From Candidatus Iainarchaeum sp. (GTDB lineage Archaea; Iainarchaeota; Iainarchaeia; Iainarchaeales; DTGL01), in contig JAVYME010000032.1 of assembly GCA_038736825.1 (NCBI GenBank), forward strand, positions 1-12,909: a stretch of DNA of 12,909 nucleotides. Direction: 5' to 3'. This document shows, piece after piece, positions 11,484-12,909 of the stretch. The position numbers and the translations under genes are program-made. The notes beneath the pieces were generated by a model. It did no database searches. It saw only the letters and a list, made by a program, of their open reading frames with translations, and was not told where the DNA came from. How positions within the stretch are numbered: the stretch's first letter is position 1; each line of letters begins with the position of its first letter.

Positions 11484-12359
11484 TTAATTGCATTGCCCTG
11501 TTGCCCTATTGCAGCCATTATAGCAGAAAGTCTGCTTTACAACAGTGCTCTTGTCCTGCAGTGTTTTAACGCTGTAATTGCCAATGCAACTGTAAAAATA
11601 TTGCTGGTATGCTGTGGTTGTTGTCGGTGTTTCAGGTGCTCTGTATGCTTGAATTCCAGCTGGCTCCCTGTAAACTGGCTGTGGCGTGTATTCTGGGGTT
11701 TTTTCCTGCATGCACCTGAATCCAACTGGATCGCAAACATAGCCACTGCCACAGGTTTCTATTGTTATAACGCAGCCATCCGAATATGCCTTTACAACCC
11801 TGTTGCCCCTGCACTCCAGCTTGTATTCAGGGTTTGCTGGCCTTGTCCATGCTGGATTGCATTTTCCAGTGCTCCAATTGCAGCTGTACTGGCAATAGTC
11901 AATGCTTGTGGTTTGCATCATTGTCCAACCCCAAGGGGAAAAGAATTTTCTGTATGCAACTGAATAGCCATTGTTTTTGCATTCATTCCATGTTATCCAG
12001 GCAAAGCTTTCAAAGTGACCGTTTATGCAGTAAAAGTATCCTGAAATTTTTTCTGTGGTTGTTTTTGATGTGCCGTCACTGTAATAGCTGGTTGTGTAAA
12101 GGGTTTGGCATTCAGGGGTTAATCCCCTAGAGCAGTCACCGCATTTTTTTTCTGTCCTTACAATGTAAGGGCTTCCATAAGAGTATGGCTGGGTGTAACC
12201 ATAATATGAAGTGGTGGTTTGCGGTCTGTAGGATTGAACAGAGGTTGTTTGAGTTGGAGTTGCCCTGTATGCTGTAGTTGTACCGGATAATGCGAATGCT
12301 GCCGGTAATGCCAAAATGAAAATTAATCCAATTATTGAAAGAATTTTTTTTCCAGTCAT
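11484..12359 (-). CDS. secreted Cys-rich modular protein, paralog of 9551-10798
   Basis: 291-aa ORF with an ATG start and GGGGGG 8 nt upstream. Signal peptide: MTGKKILSIIGLIFILALPAAFA. YIVRTEKKCGDC...ECQTLY...YCINGHFES..W....EC...CQYSCNWSTGKCNPA aligns with the N-terminal domain of 9551-10798. Two further modules follow, the last being YSCIGNYSVKT...FCYNGCNRATGQC. There are Thr/Tyr/Pro linkers and no TM anchor. Confidence 0.8.
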   Translation of the reverse strand: MTGKKILSIIGLIFILALPAAFALSGTTTAYRATPTQTTSVQSYRPQTTTSYYGYTQPYSYGSPYIVRTEKKCGDCSRGLTPECQTLYTTSYYSDGTSKTTTEKISGYFYCINGHFESFAWITWNECKNNGYSVAYRKFFSPWGWTMMQTTSIDYCQYSCNWSTGKCNPAWTRPANPEYKLECRGNRVVKAYSDGCVITIETCGSGYVCDPVGFRCMQEKTPEYTPQPVYREPAGIQAYRAPETPTTTTAYQQYFYSCIGNYSVKTLQDKSTVVKQTFCYNGCNRATGQCN

Positions 12360-12367
12360 AAAAATAA

Positions 12368-12373
12368 CCCCCC
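12368..12373 (-). promoter_or_regulatory. Shine-Dalgarno-like G6 for the 12359 ATG
   Basis: The - strand reads GGGGGGttattttaATG. Confidence 0.5.
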
Positions 12374-12422
12374 AAAGAAGTAACTATTTAACTGTTGTTC
12401 ATTAATAATTATTCTCCTCTTT

Positions 12423-12438
12423 CTATAAAAACCTTTCG
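12423..12438 (-). promoter_or_regulatory. archaeal BRE/TATA promoter (CGAAAGG-TTTTTATAG) for the minus-strand surface operon
   Basis: The - strand reads CGAAAGGTTTTTATAG, 64 nt upstream of ATG 12359. It shares the same 14-mer as 11424-11437. ATTAATG lies at 12400-12406 (complement). Confidence 0.6.
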
Positions 12439-12457
12439 CCGAGCGCTTTCACAGCCA

Positions 12458-12521
12458 GTGAAGCCAGTGAAGGGATTGCGAAGGAAAAGCGAAGGCGCTT
12501 GACTGCTTCACAGTCCTTCAC
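12458..12521. promoter_or_regulatory. array of four GTGAAG hexamers (two direct, two inverted); candidate operator/UAS or 3' hairpin of the CBS gene
   Basis: GTGAAG occurs at 12458-12463 and 12467-12472, inside a tandem 9-mer GCCAGTGAA x2 (12454-12471). CTTCAC occurs at 12506-12511 and 12516-12521. The arms can pair as 7 bp + 6 bp around a 33-nt loop. That loop contains GCGAAGG x2 and a small AAGCG/CGCTT hairpin (12487-12500). Confidence 0.35.
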
Positions 12522-12552
12522 TCAACCCTTTTCTGAAAATCCGGGAAAACTC

Positions 12553-12909
12553 TTAACCTTTTTCAAGTGCTTTCTTGAGAAGGTCTGACTTTGTGATTAT
12601 GCCGGCAATTTTTCCACGCTCTGCCACAAGAACCGCCTGTTCGTGATTCAAAATTCCGGCAAGAACAGGGAACACTGTATGGCTGTTCACAACAGGCAAA
12701 GGCTCACCCATTATATCTGAAGCCTTTAAGAGATTGAACTGGCTGCCCTTTTCCCTAATCGCGGAAAGAGCCCCGCTTTCGGTTATTATGCCGACACACT
12801 GTCCCCTTTTTACCACTGGAATCTGCGAAAAACCGTTTTTTTCCATTATCTCAACAGCCTTTCTGGCGCTCTCATTAAAGCTTATTGATTTGACTTTCCT
12901 GCTCATGAT
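12553..12909 (-). CDS. CBS-domain pair (Bateman module) protein, 5' end probably outside the window
   Basis: There are two CBS motifs: ...VKSISFNESARKAVEIMEKNGFSQIPVVKRGQCVGIITESGALSAI and ASDIMGEPLPVVNSHTVFPVLAGILNHEQAVLVAERGKIAGIITKSDLLKKA. The frame stays open to the window edge. The ATG at 12906 sits in the position of the usual (D)IM-x-x-x-V motif of CBS1, so the true start is likely upstream. Confidence 0.85.
   Translation of the reverse strand: MMSRKVKSISFNESARKAVEIMEKNGFSQIPVVKRGQCVGIITESGALSAIREKGSQFNLLKASDIMGEPLPVVNSHTVFPVLAGILNHEQAVLVAERGKIAGIITKSDLLKKALEKG

Noticed and set aside
12344-12351. Homopolymer A/T tracts at gene 5' ends as phase-variation switches (A8 at 12344-12351 complement, A8 at 2759-2766, T7/T8 at 2781-2806, A7 at 9025-9031 complement)
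   Set aside because: They encode the Lys-Lys and Phe-Leu stretches normal for signal peptides in an AT-rich genome, or they form SD spacers. Lengths of 7-8 nt are marginal for slippage, and there is no evidence of frame-shifted alternative ORFs.
11424-12437. Exactly 1000-bp spacing between the two identical promoter 14-mers
   Set aside because: There is no other periodic structure at that scale, and the sequence between them is an ordinary CDS. I treat this as coincidence.
1-12909. Prophage, integrative element or defence-island interpretation
   Set aside because: No integrase, transposase, capsid, terminase, nuclease, ATPase or att-like flanking repeats are recognisable. Every gene except the CBS gene encodes a signal-peptide protein, which fits an envelope locus better.

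Overview
This 12.9-kb, moderately AT-rich window reads as a cell-surface (secretome) island of an archaeon. It is probably an uncultivated DPANN-type lineage; that is an inference from BRE/TATA-type promoters, G-rich Shine-Dalgarno sites, TTG starts and CSDGT...KPKYC...CGCP cysteine cassettes. Two convergent transcription units meet at a bidirectional hairpin/T-run terminator (4017-4042). On the plus strand there is a 5'-truncated gene (1-549) and two tightly linked genes (551-2734, 2757-3989). The two linked genes encode secreted Cys-rich proteins that end in the same unusual 24-25 aa four-cysteine C-terminal tail. On the minus strand there are six tightly packed genes (12359 down to 4064). 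They alternate secreted cysteine-module proteins (11484-12359, 9551-10798, 9068-9538) with signal-peptide plus C-terminal-TM anchored Ig-repeat proteins (10791-11363, 6307-9024, 4064-6301). Two near-identical BRE/TATA promoters precede the starts at 12359 and 11363. A 5'-truncated CBS-pair gene (12553-12909, minus) is the only housekeeping-like gene. I saw no rRNA, tRNA, CRISPR array, transposase or integrase. Beyond generic Ig-like/CARDB-like repeats and the CBS pair, I cannot place any of these proteins in a characterised family by eye. The most interesting signals are: the shared C-terminal Cys tail; a W-x-C...E-Y-C-x-Y-G-C...G-x-C module family spread over four genes; a 97-bp perfect in-frame tandem duplication; a conserved juxtamembrane LAALGG-type motif; and a four-hexamer GTGAAG array just upstream of the operon promoter.
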